A stretch of DNA of 64,000 nt from a virus. A program made the translations under genes and the position numbers. This document shows positions 24,342-35,703 of this stretch, piece after piece (within the stretch, counting starts at the first letter, position 1; each line of letters opens with the position of its first letter). A model generated the notes under the pieces. The model did no database searches. It was not told the DNA's origin and saw nothing but the letters and a program-made list of their open reading frames with translations. Location: the IMG/VR virus record IMGVR_UViG_3300017917_002401, positions 25,128 to 89,127 of that record; one strand, given 5' to 3'.

Positions 24342-27300
24342 TGAATTACGAAAAGTATATAGGTTTACCTTATAAAGAATTAGGCAGAGATGTAACTGGT
24401 ATTGATTGTTGGGGATTAGTACGCCTATTCTATAAACAAGAATTAGGTATAGATTTACCTAGCTATGCTGACCTGTATACAAGCAGTAGAGACCCAGATC
24501 TTCCGGCTACAATAGAATCTCATAAAGATTCGTGGCTTCTATCTGATACTGCTGATATTGGTGATGTATGTTTATTTAATATATATGGCGAACCACTACA
24601 TGTAGGCATATATATTGGCAATAATAAGTTTATTCACGCACGCGATGGCAAAGACTCCGTCGTAGAAAGCTTAGATAGCACTCAATGGTCAAAAAGATTT
24701 CAAGGGTTTTATAAGTACACCCCAAAATTATTAGAATTAGTTGGATCGCCACACCCACTGAAAACCTCTGTAGTACATGAAAAGGCTGTTGTAGGTGATA
24801 CAGTATTAGAACTAACAAAATATATTAAGCAAAAATATACTATAAGTGACAAAATAGAGAGTCGTTTGGTAGTTTTAATTAATGGCAACCATGTTCCTCA
24901 AGACCAATGGGCACAAACAAAACTAAATGCCGGAGATTCAGTAGCGTATAAAATTTTAGCTGAAGGTAACGGTGGCAGGATGTTGCTTATGGCAGCTGTA
25001 ATGATTGCTGCTGTAATGACTGGTCAAATATATGGTGCTGAAATCGCCACTGCTCTTGGTACTTCTCAGGCAGTAGGTACAGCTCTGGTAACAATGACGG
25101 TTAATATGGTTGGTATGGCTTTGGTTAATGCCATTGCTCCAATCCGTACACCTGACCCTAATGCTGCAGGAACTCCACGAGGCTTAAATCTTTTTTCAGG
25201 TTCCAGCAACCAAATCAATCGTTTTGGATCTATTCCAGTTGTCCTAGGTCGTATGCGTGTAACAGGCGTGCATGGTGCTACGCCTTATATTGACACACTA
25301 ACAGATACAACACTAATGAATATGTTAATTGTATGGGGTTTTGGTCCTCTTACAATTGAAGACTTACGCATTGGCGTGAATCCAATACAAAACTATTACG
25401 ATAAAGAATTTGCACAAAATATTCCAGGACCCGTACACTTGTATGGTTATGCTGGTGAAGATGATACTGAATTTAATAAAATCTATGGTGGTGACGTAGA
25501 ACAAGCCAATGTATCTGCCGTAGAACTGGTAAATAATACAGAAGATGGTAATCCTTGGCAAAACGTTGCTTTAGCTAATCCTTGTAGTGAACTAGGAATT
25601 GCCTTTTCTTTTCCCGAAGGCATGCGCCAGTTAGTAACTAGTGGTGAAGGTGCCGGTAATATAAATACTGCTACAGCTTATGTAGAAGTACAAGTACGCA
25701 AGTATGATACAGATCCAGCTACAAATGAGTATGCTTGGGAATCTGCAACACCATATAACTTATTGTCTTATAACAACACTGCTCAAAGTGGTGTGGTCTA
25801 TGGTATTGATAAAATACTGGGTAAATTATCTATTCGTAGAACCGGTTATGTTGTAGATACTCCGCTATATAAAGACTATGCAATCTGTTTAACACCAGGT
25901 GGCGGCTATGCTGTCCTAGAAGGTGCTGGTTACGATACTTACGGCGAAGCAATTGCCGACGATATCCTAGAACTTTACCATAATAATACATACGGTAGCT
26001 TAATTGGTACAGATAATAATTTTAGTAAAACACCAGTAATTCCTGCTAGTTATATTAAAATGTATAGTTTTACTATGTATGAGGGAGCTATATACCAGAT
26101 ACCTCAGTATGGTAATCAAGAAGACCCAAATCTCGTAACCAGTTATGTAACTACATTGGTTAGTTACTTATCTAGTTACGACCACATTGGCTTAGAGTTT
26201 GAATCTACTCAAAAAACTGATGGTGGGACAGTATATGCCACCCAAATAAAAGTAAAAACCGGCAGAATTTATAATACACTACTAGATAATAATGCACAAG
26301 GTACTGTGGAAGCAGTATTTGATAGCAGAGAGTTATTAAGCAGCTCTGTTATTGTGCCTGGATCATATAGTGGCTGGAGTGGTATCCTTAAAACTTTTGG
26401 CGTCTGGGCAGCAGACGTTGCAGGACAAGCACCACTTACTTTTTCAGCTGTTAAAAATAATGTAGTTTTTAAATATAGTGGATATTACCTAATCACAGGC
26501 TCAGCTGATGATGAGGGTGCCGTGTATATTGATAACCGTCCCGCACTGTTAATGAGTAATCCTGCATATGCATCAGAAATGACTAATATGATGTATGTAG
26601 AAGCAGGTACTTATCCTGTGCGCGTTACTGGTAAAAATAGTGGTGGTTTAGCTGCCGTAGCTGCTAAAATTACTTATCAATCTACCGGAGGTCTAAACAA
26701 CTTACCAAAGCCAAGTACTATTTTAGCATTTGGTGAGCCTGGATTCTATAATAAGCGTCGCGATGCTTTTAACTTTGTGTATCGCATCAAAAATCTTCCA
26801 AGAGCAAAGTACGAAATACGTGTTCGCCGAATTAACTCGGATGTTATTGAGCCTACAAACAATGTGCGAAACTTCCACAAAGTTCAGTTATTCTCAGTAA
26901 CTGGTTACGACTATAACTATGTAGAAGCAGATGGTACAATTGTTCCAATTCGACCAATTAAAGATCTACCTGGAAGCGGTACTAACAAAGCTTATTTAGC
27001 TAGAACCGCTATTCGTATCCAAAGTACCAATAAAGCCAATGGCACTGTAGACGGCGTAAACGCTGTTGTACAGACTATGTGTAAAGTTTGGGACAGCAGT
27101 ACACAGACTTGGAAACCAAATACTGCAACAAGTAATCCAGCTGCATTATTCCGATATGTGTTAACCCACCCTGCAAATGCATATCGCATAGAAGAAAGCG
27201 AAGTGGCTAGCAGAATAGATTTAGTTGCTATTCAAGAGTGGTATGAGTTTTGCCGAACACATAATCCGCCGCTGGAGTATAACAGTGTAATGACTAATAC

Positions 27301-28846
27301 TCAGAGTGTAATGGATGTTCTGCGCGATATTTGTGCCGCCGGTCTAGCTAGTCCAAATTATGTAGACGGTAAGTGGACTGTGGTTGTTGATAAGCCTCGC
27401 AGTTATGTAACACAATACTTTACTCCACATAACAGCTGGGGATTTGAAGCTACAAAACTATTGCCACGTATTCCACACGCATTCCGTGTAAGTTTTGCGA
27501 ATAAAAATAAAGCATATCAACCAGATGAGCGTATAGTTTATAATTACGGATATAACTCCTCAACTGCTTCTGTGTTTGAAGAATTACATTTACCTGGTGT
27601 AACAGATCCTGACCAAGCTGTATTTATGGCTCGCTGGCACCTTGCACAGATTAAACTACGTCCTGAACGTTACACTATTAATACCGATTTCGAATACTTA
27701 GTATGTAATCGAGGTGATTTAGTACGAGTTACTCACGATGTTCCACTATGGGGCACTGGCAGTGGTCGTATAAAGTCTATTAGTGGTAATGTGCTAGAGT
27801 TAACTGAACCAGTACAATTAAATCCTGCAAAACAATATCAAATTCGTATTCGTACTAATACTGGCAGTTCTGTGGTACTAGCCATTGCAAGTGTAAATAC
27901 TGCAGGCTTATACGATACTATAACAGCAACTGTTTCTATTCCATTAAGTGTTGAGTCCGATAACTTATTTATGCTTGGTGAAGTTGGGCATGAAACTCAA
28001 CAATTAGTGGTTTTAAGTATTGAAACTTCTTCAAACACTTCTGCCAGAATCACGTTAATGGATTATTCCAGTGAGATTTATACAGCTGATCTAACAGACT
28101 TATTAATATTTGATCCCAATATTAGTGGTGTAAGTAATCCTATAGTTCGTAGTACTATTACCAAAGCTCCTACAATTACAGGCGTTACAACAGATGACGC
28201 ACTAAGTGAAGAAATCTCTAGTGGAACATATCAAAACGTAACTATAGTTAGTTTTGCTAATAGTCCGAACTTGACTGTTGAAGCTACCAGAGTTCAGCTA
28301 CAATGCGTAGTAGGCAATTCCGAGTTAGAAGACAGCAGCCCAGCTTCTACTGTTTATACTAATAAAGAGTCCGGAAGTTTTACAGTCACAGGTCTAAGAT
28401 CTATGACTATGTATAAGTTCCGAGCTAGATACGTTAACTCAACTGGTACTATTGTTGGTCCTTGGTCTGATATTTTTTACGCAACAGTTACAGGTAAAAC
28501 AATAAATAGAGCAATTGTAAATACAGTAGATCTATCTATGGATAGTACTTATTTAATTGCAAAAGTAACCGATATGTCTAATAAGCCAACAAACTTTAAG
28601 ACATACGAATACAGGTTCTATAAAGATACTGGTACTGAAGATTTCTGGGACTTAGATCCTGTAACTAATAATATCTACATAGTACAAAGCTTAGCTGAAG
28701 CTAGACTTAATCTGTTGGATATACCTCAACCTAGAATATCCGCAGCAGGCATAACTTATCGTGTAGCTTGCAGAGCTTTAGATACAAATAATAATTATAG
28801 TAGTGATAGCGCATTAGGTACTATCGTGGTAACTACAATAACTTAA
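24341..28846 (+). CDS. Tail tip protein: NlpC/P60 domain + gpI-like region + gpJ-like host-specificity region
   Basis: GIDCWGLV...HVGIY..FIHA; IPVVLGR; YEIRVRR; SNPAALF; FN3-like YKFRARYVN. Confidence 0.85.
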   Translation: MNYEKYIGLPYKELGRDVTGIDCWGLVRLFYKQELGIDLPSYADLYTSSRDPDLPATIESHKDSWLLSDTADIGDVCLFNIYGEPLHVGIYIGNNKFIHARDGKDSVVESLDSTQWSKRFQGFYKYTPKLLELVGSPHPLKTSVVHEKAVVGDTVLELTKYIKQKYTISDKIESRLVVLINGNHVPQDQWAQTKLNAGDSVAYKILAEGNGGRMLLMAAVMIAAVMTGQIYGAEIATALGTSQAVGTALVTMTVNMVGMALVNAIAPIRTPDPNAAGTPRGLNLFSGSSNQINRFGSIPVVLGRMRVTGVHGATPYIDTLTDTTLMNMLIVWGFGPLTIEDLRIGVNPIQNYYDKEFAQNIPGPVHLYGYAGEDDTEFNKIYGGDVEQANVSAVELVNNTEDGNPWQNVALANPCSELGIAFSFPEGMRQLVTSGEGAGNINTATAYVEVQVRKYDTDPATNEYAWESATPYNLLSYNNTAQSGVVYGIDKILGKLSIRRTGYVVDTPLYKDYAICLTPGGGYAVLEGAGYDTYGEAIADDILELYHNNTYGSLIGTDNNFSKTPVIPASYIKMYSFTMYEGAIYQIPQYGNQEDPNLVTSYVTTLVSYLSSYDHIGLEFESTQKTDGGTVYATQIKVKTGRIYNTLLDNNAQGTVEAVFDSRELLSSSVIVPGSYSGWSGILKTFGVWAADVAGQAPLTFSAVKNNVVFKYSGYYLITGSADDEGAVYIDNRPALLMSNPAYASEMTNMMYVEAGTYPVRVTGKNSGGLAAVAAKITYQSTGGLNNLPKPSTILAFGEPGFYNKRRDAFNFVYRIKNLPRAKYEIRVRRINSDVIEPTNNVRNFHKVQLFSVTGYDYNYVEADGTIVPIRPIKDLPGSGTNKAYLARTAIRIQSTNKANGTVDGVNAVVQTMCKVWDSSTQTWKPNTATSNPAALFRYVLTHPANAYRIEESEVASRIDLVAIQEWYEFCRTHNPPLEYNSVMTNTQSVMDVLRDICAAGLASPNYVDGKWTVVVDKPRSYVTQYFTPHNSWGFEATKLLPRIPHAFRVSFANKNKAYQPDERIVYNYGYNSSTASVFEELHLPGVTDPDQAVFMARWHLAQIKLRPERYTINTDFEYLVCNRGDLVRVTHDVPLWGTGSGRIKSISGNVLELTEPVQLNPAKQYQIRIRTNTGSSVVLAIASVNTAGLYDTITATVSIPLSVESDNLFMLGEVGHETQQLVVLSIETSSNTSARITLMDYSSEIYTADLTDLLIFDPNISGVSNPIVRSTITKAPTITGVTTDDALSEEISSGTYQNVTIVSFANSPNLTVEATRVQLQCVVGNSELEDSSPASTVYTNKESGSFTVTGLRSMTMYKFRARYVNSTGTIVGPWSDIFYATVTGKTINRAIVNTVDLSMDSTYLIAKVTDMSNKPTNFKTYEYRFYKDTGTEDFWDLDPVTNNIYIVQSLAEARLNLLDIPQPRISAAGITYRVACRALDTNNNYSSDSALGTIVVTTIT

Positions 28847-28854
28847 GGAAACTT

Positions 28855-31800
28855 ATGACAACATCAGCAGTTCTATCCCCAGGTGTAAAATCTTTACACT
28901 TAAGCTTAGATACTCCCGTTGATGCTATTACCGGAAAGATCAGAAATGACCTTTCCGGTATTCGTGTTTGGTATTCTACTCAAAGTGGTTTTAATCCAAA
29001 TAATAGCGAAGGCACACTAGTATTTGACGGAATAAGTTCTAATATTACAATTCCTAATTTATCTGATAGTACACAATATTATGTAAGATATGCCTTTATT
29101 AGTGCTATTGATCCTACAGTATATACCATTTCATCACAGCTTGGAGAAATCACATACGATACAAATGTATCAGTATATGGTAATCTAACTAATCCTAGTC
29201 AGATTGTTGCGACTGCTACCGATGGTAGTGGAGGAGATTATACTACTGCTAGTGGTACTTATAGGGTATATAGCTATAGTACTGAAGTAACTGGACAAGG
29301 TGTTACTTATGCTATTCAAACTGGTTCTATTACCGGCGGATTAAGCGTATCTATTAATAGTACCACAGGTGTTTATACAGTTACTGACTTAACTAGTGAT
29401 TTTGGTTCTGTACAGTTTAACGCTACTTACAATGGTATTACAATATCAGCTGTTTTAAGTGTTATTAAAGCCAAAGCTGGTGTAGATGGTACTAATGCTA
29501 TGTTATTAACATTAATAGCAACAGGCACAGTATTTGTATTCAAAGATGCAAATGAAAGTACCAGTGATACTAGTAGCATACAATTAACGGCTAATAGGCA
29601 AAATTTTACAGGCAGTATAACATGGACAGCCAAAGCCTATACAGCAACAAGTACACTACTAGGTGATATTGAATTTACAACTGTAGATAATAAGATTACA
29701 ATTACTAATTCGCAATTCAATCCTACAGGATATAATAATCAAGTAGCGTATGTTATTGTAACAGCCTCACATGATTTAGTAAGTGATACTATAACATTAT
29801 ATCGTATCAATAATGGCACTGATCAAATTATTGTCGAATTTACAAATGAATCTCATACAATTCCAGCATATTATGACGGTACTGTAGTATCCTCTGGTTA
29901 TGTTGGTAGTGGTACTCAAATACGTGTTAAACAAGGCAATCAGTATCTTAGTGTAGATAATTCAGCACCTTATGCCAAAGGTACATGGACTGTAACAAAT
30001 ACAACTGCAGACAATATTACACCAGATACTACTCCTGGAGTATATTCTAACTATATCGATTACGATACCCATAGCAATATGACTGCTAACAGAGCGTATA
30101 TTGACTATACTATTAGTGGTACTAGTTTAAGTGGTGCAGCTTTTTCTATTGTTCGTCGTCAAAGTTTCGCCAAAAGTGTTGCAGGCCAGCCAGGGGCTAC
30201 AGCCAGCTTAGTAAGTTTAACTACTACTCAACTGGTATTTATCAAGTATAAAGATGGTACTTATAGTAGCAATAGTGTTACTATTTATGCAAATGTTCAA
30301 AATATTCCAACTCCTGTTTATACTTGGAGTGATGGTACAAATACTGTTGTAAAAGATAGTACTACTACTGCCAATGCCGATCAATATGTTTTTAACAGAC
30401 CAGCTAATTTAGGCGTATATACTATTAGTGTATCCGTGTCAGATAAAAATCTTACTTCTTTAAATACTGCAGTTGATACCATATCTATTGCATTTATTGA
30501 AGAAGGTAGTGATGCTTATAATTTTATATTTAAAGACCCTAATGCATTCTATAGTGCAAATGCTTCAGGTATACTTGAAGGAAGTATAACTTCGATTACC
30601 AATCATATTATTGGCGCCAAGGGTATTGCCTTACTAACTCCTGGTACAAATATTGTATATACCATAGATAGTACTGAAAACTGTACTGCTACACTGGGTT
30701 CTGTAACAGGCACTTGGAATCAAGAATTTACAATAAGTGGTAGCTTTTTTAATACTGGGTCAATAACAACAGCAAAAGTTGTAGTCAAATGCTCCGTGCC
30801 AAATACTACTACATATTTTTTAATGACCTGTTATTTGACCAAAGTAAGAAAGGGCGATACGGGAACAAGTGGTACAAGTGCAAGAACTGTTGATCTAACC
30901 ATGACAGCCCAAGCATTTGCATATAATGCAGCAGGAACTACTCCTAGCCCATCTACAAGTACGGTAACAGCTACAGCACAAAACACTTCTGGCACAGTTT
31001 ATTACGAGTTTATACTTGCAGGAATAACTGTTCAAAATACTACTACTAATACTTACACCTATACTCCGGCGGCTAACTTTAGCTCAATGCCACAGCAGAT
31101 AAAAGTTAATATTCGAGAGGGAGCTAATACAGGTACAGTTTTAGCTTCAGATGTTATGTCTCTTATCGGTATTAAACCAGGTACTGACGGAGCTAATGCA
31201 GTAAGTGGTTTATTAACGAATGAAGCAGCTGTAGTTTCTGCGGATGCTGCAGGAACTGTTGGAAGCTTTTCTTCTGCTGGTGGTACTTTTAAAGTTTTTG
31301 ATGGAATTACTGATAAAACTACTAGTGGTTCAGTTACTTATAGTGTAGCTACTTCATCAAACGTAACTATTAGTATTAATAGCAGTGGTGTATACACTAT
31401 AACAGCTATGTCTGCAGATACTGCTATAGCTACTTTAAGAGCTGTTTATGGTTCTGTAACTATTGATAAAATATATAGTATTGCTAAAAGTAAAACTGGA
31501 GCTACAGGAGCTACTGGATCAAGTGGTAGTAACGGTACAAATGGTATAAATGCAGTAAAATCTACTTCCGGATATATTTATTATACTAGTTCAACAGGAT
31601 TACAGCCTGCAACTCCAACAGCTACTTATTTTTATTTTAGTACTGGTACTTTTGTTGGACTTAGCTCTGGTTGGTCAACTACCGTTACTATGACAGGCAA
31701 TGGCACATACTGGGCAGCAAGGTATGTAGTTACTGAATCAGCTTATGGAACTGATTATGGTACGCCTACTTTTAGTGCACCATTCAATCATCAGAACTTT

Positions 31801-32946
31801 AGTAGCTTAGTCACTTTTAGCAACCTATCAAACAGCGGACAAACCAGTATTCATGGCGGCAGTATTATAACTGGTACTATAAGTGTAGATTCCATATCTA
31901 GTTCACTTAGCTCTAACTTATACGGAACTCAGTTCGGTTTTGGTAATGGTACAGCCGTTTCTGGAACTATTGCAACGGTAGGCTATTTCCGTAGTACACG
32001 AAATGATACTCTTGGCTTAGGTGTTCTATCCTCAAGCAACATGGCTTTTGCAGCATCCACTGTATGGTCTAGTTGGGCAGGTGGTTTTGGTAATCGCTAT
32101 GGTTATGGTATTGATGACCTTGCTACAGGTAATAACCGTACAAATGCTCTGTTCTGTGCATACAACGTAGCAGGTTATTTAAACCATAGAGACACTGGAT
32201 ACTATACATACTTAGCTACAGATAGTTACGCGATTAATGCCAATGGTCCAGTTAATATAACAAACGGATCACTAACACTTAATGGTTCGTCAGTAATAAC
32301 AACTGGGTCAAGCCCATCTTTTGGCAACATATATTCTTCTACACTAACTACTACAGGTAATATTGGTATAGCAGGTAGTATTTATGTTGGTAGTAATAAT
32401 TCGCTTATTACTGGCACATATTCCGTAACCAATTATCCTTCCAGCTCAATTCCTTATTTCAGTGGTGTAACAATTGCTGCAAATAATGGAAGTATAGGAA
32501 TTAATGGGGCATTTGTAGCTAGAGGTACACCTGGTTTTGTAGGTTATAATGGTAGTATAACTAGTGGTATAAATTACGGTGGAAATGGTTTCTGGACTGA
32601 CGGCTCAACTTATTCTGCTGGCGGATATACCGGTAGTTCTAGAAGACTAAAGGATAGTATAGAGTCAATTGATATTGGACTAGATTTTATCTTATCATTA
32701 GAACCTGTAAAGTTTAACTTAAAGGCGACCAATGCCCCTAAAGTTGGATTCATTGCGGAAGACTTTCCAGATAGTCGCTTTGTTTCTGAAGGTTATATAA
32801 ATCCTGTTGACCCTTCAAAAGGAAAACAAATAGCAGGTTTAGATTATTCTGCTATAACAGCACCTTTAGTAAAAGCAATACACGAACTAAATGCAAAAAT
32901 CATAGAACTTCAACAAGAAGTCCAAACATTAAAACAGGGTTCATAA
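28855..32946 (+). CDS. Tail fibre with C-terminal intramolecular chaperone (peptidase S74-like)
   Basis: Thr/Ser-rich beta repeats (TNE..H/A); SSRRLKDSI...GFIAED...LDYSAI..LVKAIHEL. Confidence 0.85.
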   Translation: MTTSAVLSPGVKSLHLSLDTPVDAITGKIRNDLSGIRVWYSTQSGFNPNNSEGTLVFDGISSNITIPNLSDSTQYYVRYAFISAIDPTVYTISSQLGEITYDTNVSVYGNLTNPSQIVATATDGSGGDYTTASGTYRVYSYSTEVTGQGVTYAIQTGSITGGLSVSINSTTGVYTVTDLTSDFGSVQFNATYNGITISAVLSVIKAKAGVDGTNAMLLTLIATGTVFVFKDANESTSDTSSIQLTANRQNFTGSITWTAKAYTATSTLLGDIEFTTVDNKITITNSQFNPTGYNNQVAYVIVTASHDLVSDTITLYRINNGTDQIIVEFTNESHTIPAYYDGTVVSSGYVGSGTQIRVKQGNQYLSVDNSAPYAKGTWTVTNTTADNITPDTTPGVYSNYIDYDTHSNMTANRAYIDYTISGTSLSGAAFSIVRRQSFAKSVAGQPGATASLVSLTTTQLVFIKYKDGTYSSNSVTIYANVQNIPTPVYTWSDGTNTVVKDSTTTANADQYVFNRPANLGVYTISVSVSDKNLTSLNTAVDTISIAFIEEGSDAYNFIFKDPNAFYSANASGILEGSITSITNHIIGAKGIALLTPGTNIVYTIDSTENCTATLGSVTGTWNQEFTISGSFFNTGSITTAKVVVKCSVPNTTTYFLMTCYLTKVRKGDTGTSGTSARTVDLTMTAQAFAYNAAGTTPSPSTSTVTATAQNTSGTVYYEFILAGITVQNTTTNTYTYTPAANFSSMPQQIKVNIREGANTGTVLASDVMSLIGIKPGTDGANAVSGLLTNEAAVVSADAAGTVGSFSSAGGTFKVFDGITDKTTSGSVTYSVATSSNVTISINSSGVYTITAMSADTAIATLRAVYGSVTIDKIYSIAKSKTGATGATGSSGSNGTNGINAVKSTSGYIYYTSSTGLQPATPTATYFYFSTGTFVGLSSGWSTTVTMTGNGTYWAARYVVTESAYGTDYGTPTFSAPFNHQNFSSLVTFSNLSNSGQTSIHGGSIITGTISVDSISSSLSSNLYGTQFGFGNGTAVSGTIATVGYFRSTRNDTLGLGVLSSSNMAFAASTVWSSWAGGFGNRYGYGIDDLATGNNRTNALFCAYNVAGYLNHRDTGYYTYLATDSYAINANGPVNITNGSLTLNGSSVITTGSSPSFGNIYSSTLTTTGNIGIAGSIYVGSNNSLITGTYSVTNYPSSSIPYFSGVTIAANNGSIGINGAFVARGTPGFVGYNGSITSGINYGGNGFWTDGSTYSAGGYTGSSRRLKDSIESIDIGLDFILSLEPVKFNLKATNAPKVGFIAEDFPDSRFVSEGYINPVDPSKGKQIAGLDYSAITAPLVKAIHELNAKIIELQQEVQTLKQGS

Positions 32947-32955
32947 TCATTACAG

Positions 32956-33023
32956 AAATACCCAGCTTACTCGTAAGCTGGGTATTTTTTTGCATTGACA
33001 AACAGCTGCCCTTGTGGTATAAT
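32956..33023 (+). promoter_or_regulatory. Terminator followed by a promoter
   Basis: AAATACCCAGCTTAC/GTAAGCTGGGTATTT-TTTT; TTGACA(32995)-17-TATAAT. Confidence 0.8.
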
Positions 33024-33093
33024 ATATCAAAATACCCAAAGGTGTAAATATTTTTTCTTGACAAAATAATACTACAACGGAAAGAGAAGTGCG

Positions 33094-33459
33094 ATGGAAC
33101 AGATAGATACTCAAACCTTAGTACAAACACTCTCAGTAGTAGCTTTAGCTGCGATCGCACTAACCGTAGGTGTCCAAAAGTTATTAAAAGACTGGAAATC
33201 AACTACTGCTGAGACTAGCGTAATTACGCTAATGCATCAAGAGCTAGAAAGAATGAGTGGTCAAAACACATTGCTTTCTAAAGAGTTGAATAGACTTCAA
33301 CAAGAGATAATTTTGTTAAATCAACAATTATCAAAGCTTACTATTGAAAATCAAAGACTGCATACAGAAGTTGCGGCACTTACTAACGAGATTAGTAGTG
33401 TGAAAAATATGACTGTAATGCAAAAGAAAGGCAGCGAGGTATATGCAGCAGCCAGCTAA
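33094..33459 (+). CDS. Membrane-anchored coiled-coil protein
   Basis: One N-terminal hydrophobic segment followed by heptad repeats. Confidence 0.7.
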   Translation: MEQIDTQTLVQTLSVVALAAIALTVGVQKLLKDWKSTTAETSVITLMHQELERMSGQNTLLSKELNRLQQEIILLNQQLSKLTIENQRLHTEVAALTNEISSVKNMTVMQKKGSEVYAAAS

Positions 33460-34048
33460 AATTAATTATAAGATATACCAAGGAAGTACTTTCAGTGAAC
33501 TTTTCAGGTGGGAATCAGAAACAAAAGTTTATGTTCCTATCTCAAGTATATCAAAAAGTGCTCCTTGCGTTGTCACAACAGTTGACAACCCTCAACTGCC
33601 AGCCGGATGGAGGTTCAGAGTAACAGGTGTATCCGGCATGAAAGAAATTAATAGTGGTATTGATAGTTATTATACGGCTACAGATGTTAATGCAAACACT
33701 AAAGCCATTACTATTAATGCTGTAAATAGTTTACAATATTCGAACTATACCAGCGGTGGTGTAGTAGAATTCAATCAACCAGTGGATTTAAGTAGCTATA
33801 GTGGCCGCATGCAAATCAGGGAAACTGTTGATAGTACTACTATTTTACATGAAGCTACTACCACAAATAATCAAATAGTATTAAATAATACTTATAAAAC
33901 TATAGAGATAAATCTTCCAGCATCGGTAACACAGGCATTTACATTTACAACAGCCGTGTACTCACTTGAACTATTTACCTCACAAGATAATCTTGTTGTA
34001 CCATTTTTAATAGGTAACTTAACATTAGTACCGGAGGTTACAAGATGA
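33443..34048 (+). CDS. Virion structural protein (baseplate-upper-like)
   Basis: IYQGSTF...VDLSSYSGRMQIR...VYSLEL...LVPEVTR pattern typical of fibre-anchoring proteins. Confidence 0.6.
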   Translation: MQQPAKINYKIYQGSTFSELFRWESETKVYVPISSISKSAPCVVTTVDNPQLPAGWRFRVTGVSGMKEINSGIDSYYTATDVNANTKAITINAVNSLQYSNYTSGGVVEFNQPVDLSSYSGRMQIRETVDSTTILHEATTTNNQIVLNNTYKTIEINLPASVTQAFTFTTAVYSLELFTSQDNLVVPFLIGNLTLVPEVTR

Positions 34049-34308
34049 GTGAGATAGTAGTAGTAAATAAAACAAATGCCGTTGTAGTAGAAGATAAGTC
34101 AAGCACTGTTGTAGTAGATACTAAACAGCCTAAAGTCATTGTAACTGGAATAATGGGTCCAGCAGGTGCACGAAACTTCGCAGAAATGTTAGATACGGAT
34201 ATCAGCACTCTAGGAGATGGTAGCATTCTTGTTTACAGTGAATTAACAAATAAATGGACTAGCACAGTACTACTTAATAAACAAACAGTAGACTGTGGCC
34301 AATTCTAA
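34045..34308 (+). CDS. Short fibre-associated protein
   Basis: GIMGPAG, DGSILVY...W, C-terminal DCGQF. Confidence 0.6.
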   Translation: MSEIVVVNKTNAVVVEDKSSTVVVDTKQPKVIVTGIMGPAGARNFAEMLDTDISTLGDGSILVYSELTNKWTSTVLLNKQTVDCGQF

Positions 34309-34319
34309 AGGAATAAGAG

Positions 34320-35651
34320 ATGTCTTCTACAATTAAGATCAAAAGATCGGAAGTAGCTGGTAATCCTGCGGTACTTGGCGCGGGCGAATTAGCATATAGT
34401 GGTTTATCAGATAACGGTTCCAATGGCGGTGATAGACTGTACATTGGTATGGGTACTGAAACTAATGGTAACGCTGTTAATCACATTATCATTGGTGGTA
34501 AGCGCTACACCGATATGGTGGATGCTGCTACTCACCTAGCGACCGCAAGCACATTAGTAAAACGTGACTCAAACGGAAACATTGAGTTTAATAGTGCCAC
34601 GGGTGCCCTAGTAGGCAACGCGAGTACAGCCACTGCGTGGCTAAATGCGCGTAGTCTTAGCTTAACGGGCGATGCTACAGCTACTTTTAGCAGTGTTGAT
34701 GGTACTCAGAACTTAAGTACAGCCATTACGCTTGCAACAGTTAATAGCAATGTAGGTAGTTTTGGTGGAACTACACAAATTCCAGTACTAACAGTTAATG
34801 CTAAAGGTTTGGTAACTGCTGTAACCACTGTTGATGTAGCCGGCAGTTTAAATATCAGTGGCGGTACAGGTACTGATACAGTTAGTTTACTTACCGATAC
34901 TTTAAACTTTGCTAATGGTACAGGCACAACAACGGCCGTAACTAATAATACTGTTACAATTAACATTGGTCAGCCAGTTGGTACAACAGACAATGTTACT
35001 TTCAACGACGTAACAGTTAATGGCACTTTAAATAGCAACGATATTACAAGTGCTAATATTACAGTTTCTGGTAATGCTACAATTACTGGTAACTTAACTG
35101 TACAAGGTACAACTACCACAGTTAATAGCACAACAGTTGCTATTGGTGATGCAAACATTACCCTAGCCAAAGACGCAGCTAATGCTGCCGAGGCAAATGG
35201 TGCTGGTTTAACTATCTTAGGCCCAACAACTGCAGCTACTTTAACTTATACAAGTACTGACGATCGCTGGAACCTAAACAAAGATTTAAACGTCTCCAAA
35301 GTATATGGCGACTTAATAGGTAATGCCGATACAGCAACAAAATTAAAAACAGCACGAGATCTAGCACTAACTGGTGACGCAACTGCTACTTTTAGCGGTT
35401 TTGATGGCAGCGCAAATATTAGTACAGCTATCACACTTGCAACAGTTAATAGTAACGTAGGAAGTTTTGGAGATGGTACAACAGTTCCAAACTTTACAGT
35501 TAATGCAAAAGGTTTAATAACTGCTGCTGGTTCTACTGCTATTCCTACAGCCTCTACTAGCGTAAAAGGTTTAGCTCAGTTTGATTCAGTAAACTTTAGT
35601 GTTACTTCTGGTACAGTATCCATACTCTTAGTAGACGGTGGTACTTATTAA
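34320..35651 (+). CDS. Tail fibre-like protein
   Basis: IKIKRS...GELAY..LYIG N-terminus; internally duplicated ARxLxLTGDATATF...TVNAKGL module; C-terminal DGGTY. Confidence 0.75.
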   Translation: MSSTIKIKRSEVAGNPAVLGAGELAYSGLSDNGSNGGDRLYIGMGTETNGNAVNHIIIGGKRYTDMVDAATHLATASTLVKRDSNGNIEFNSATGALVGNASTATAWLNARSLSLTGDATATFSSVDGTQNLSTAITLATVNSNVGSFGGTTQIPVLTVNAKGLVTAVTTVDVAGSLNISGGTGTDTVSLLTDTLNFANGTGTTTAVTNNTVTINIGQPVGTTDNVTFNDVTVNGTLNSNDITSANITVSGNATITGNLTVQGTTTTVNSTTVAIGDANITLAKDAANAAEANGAGLTILGPTTAATLTYTSTDDRWNLNKDLNVSKVYGDLIGNADTATKLKTARDLALTGDATATFSGFDGSANISTAITLATVNSNVGSFGDGTTVPNFTVNAKGLITAAGSTAIPTASTSVKGLAQFDSVNFSVTSGTVSILLVDGGTY

Positions 35652-35703
35652 TTTCGTTCAGGTATATACTTGGACTAATAGCTAAATAGTGAAGGACAGC
35701 CAT

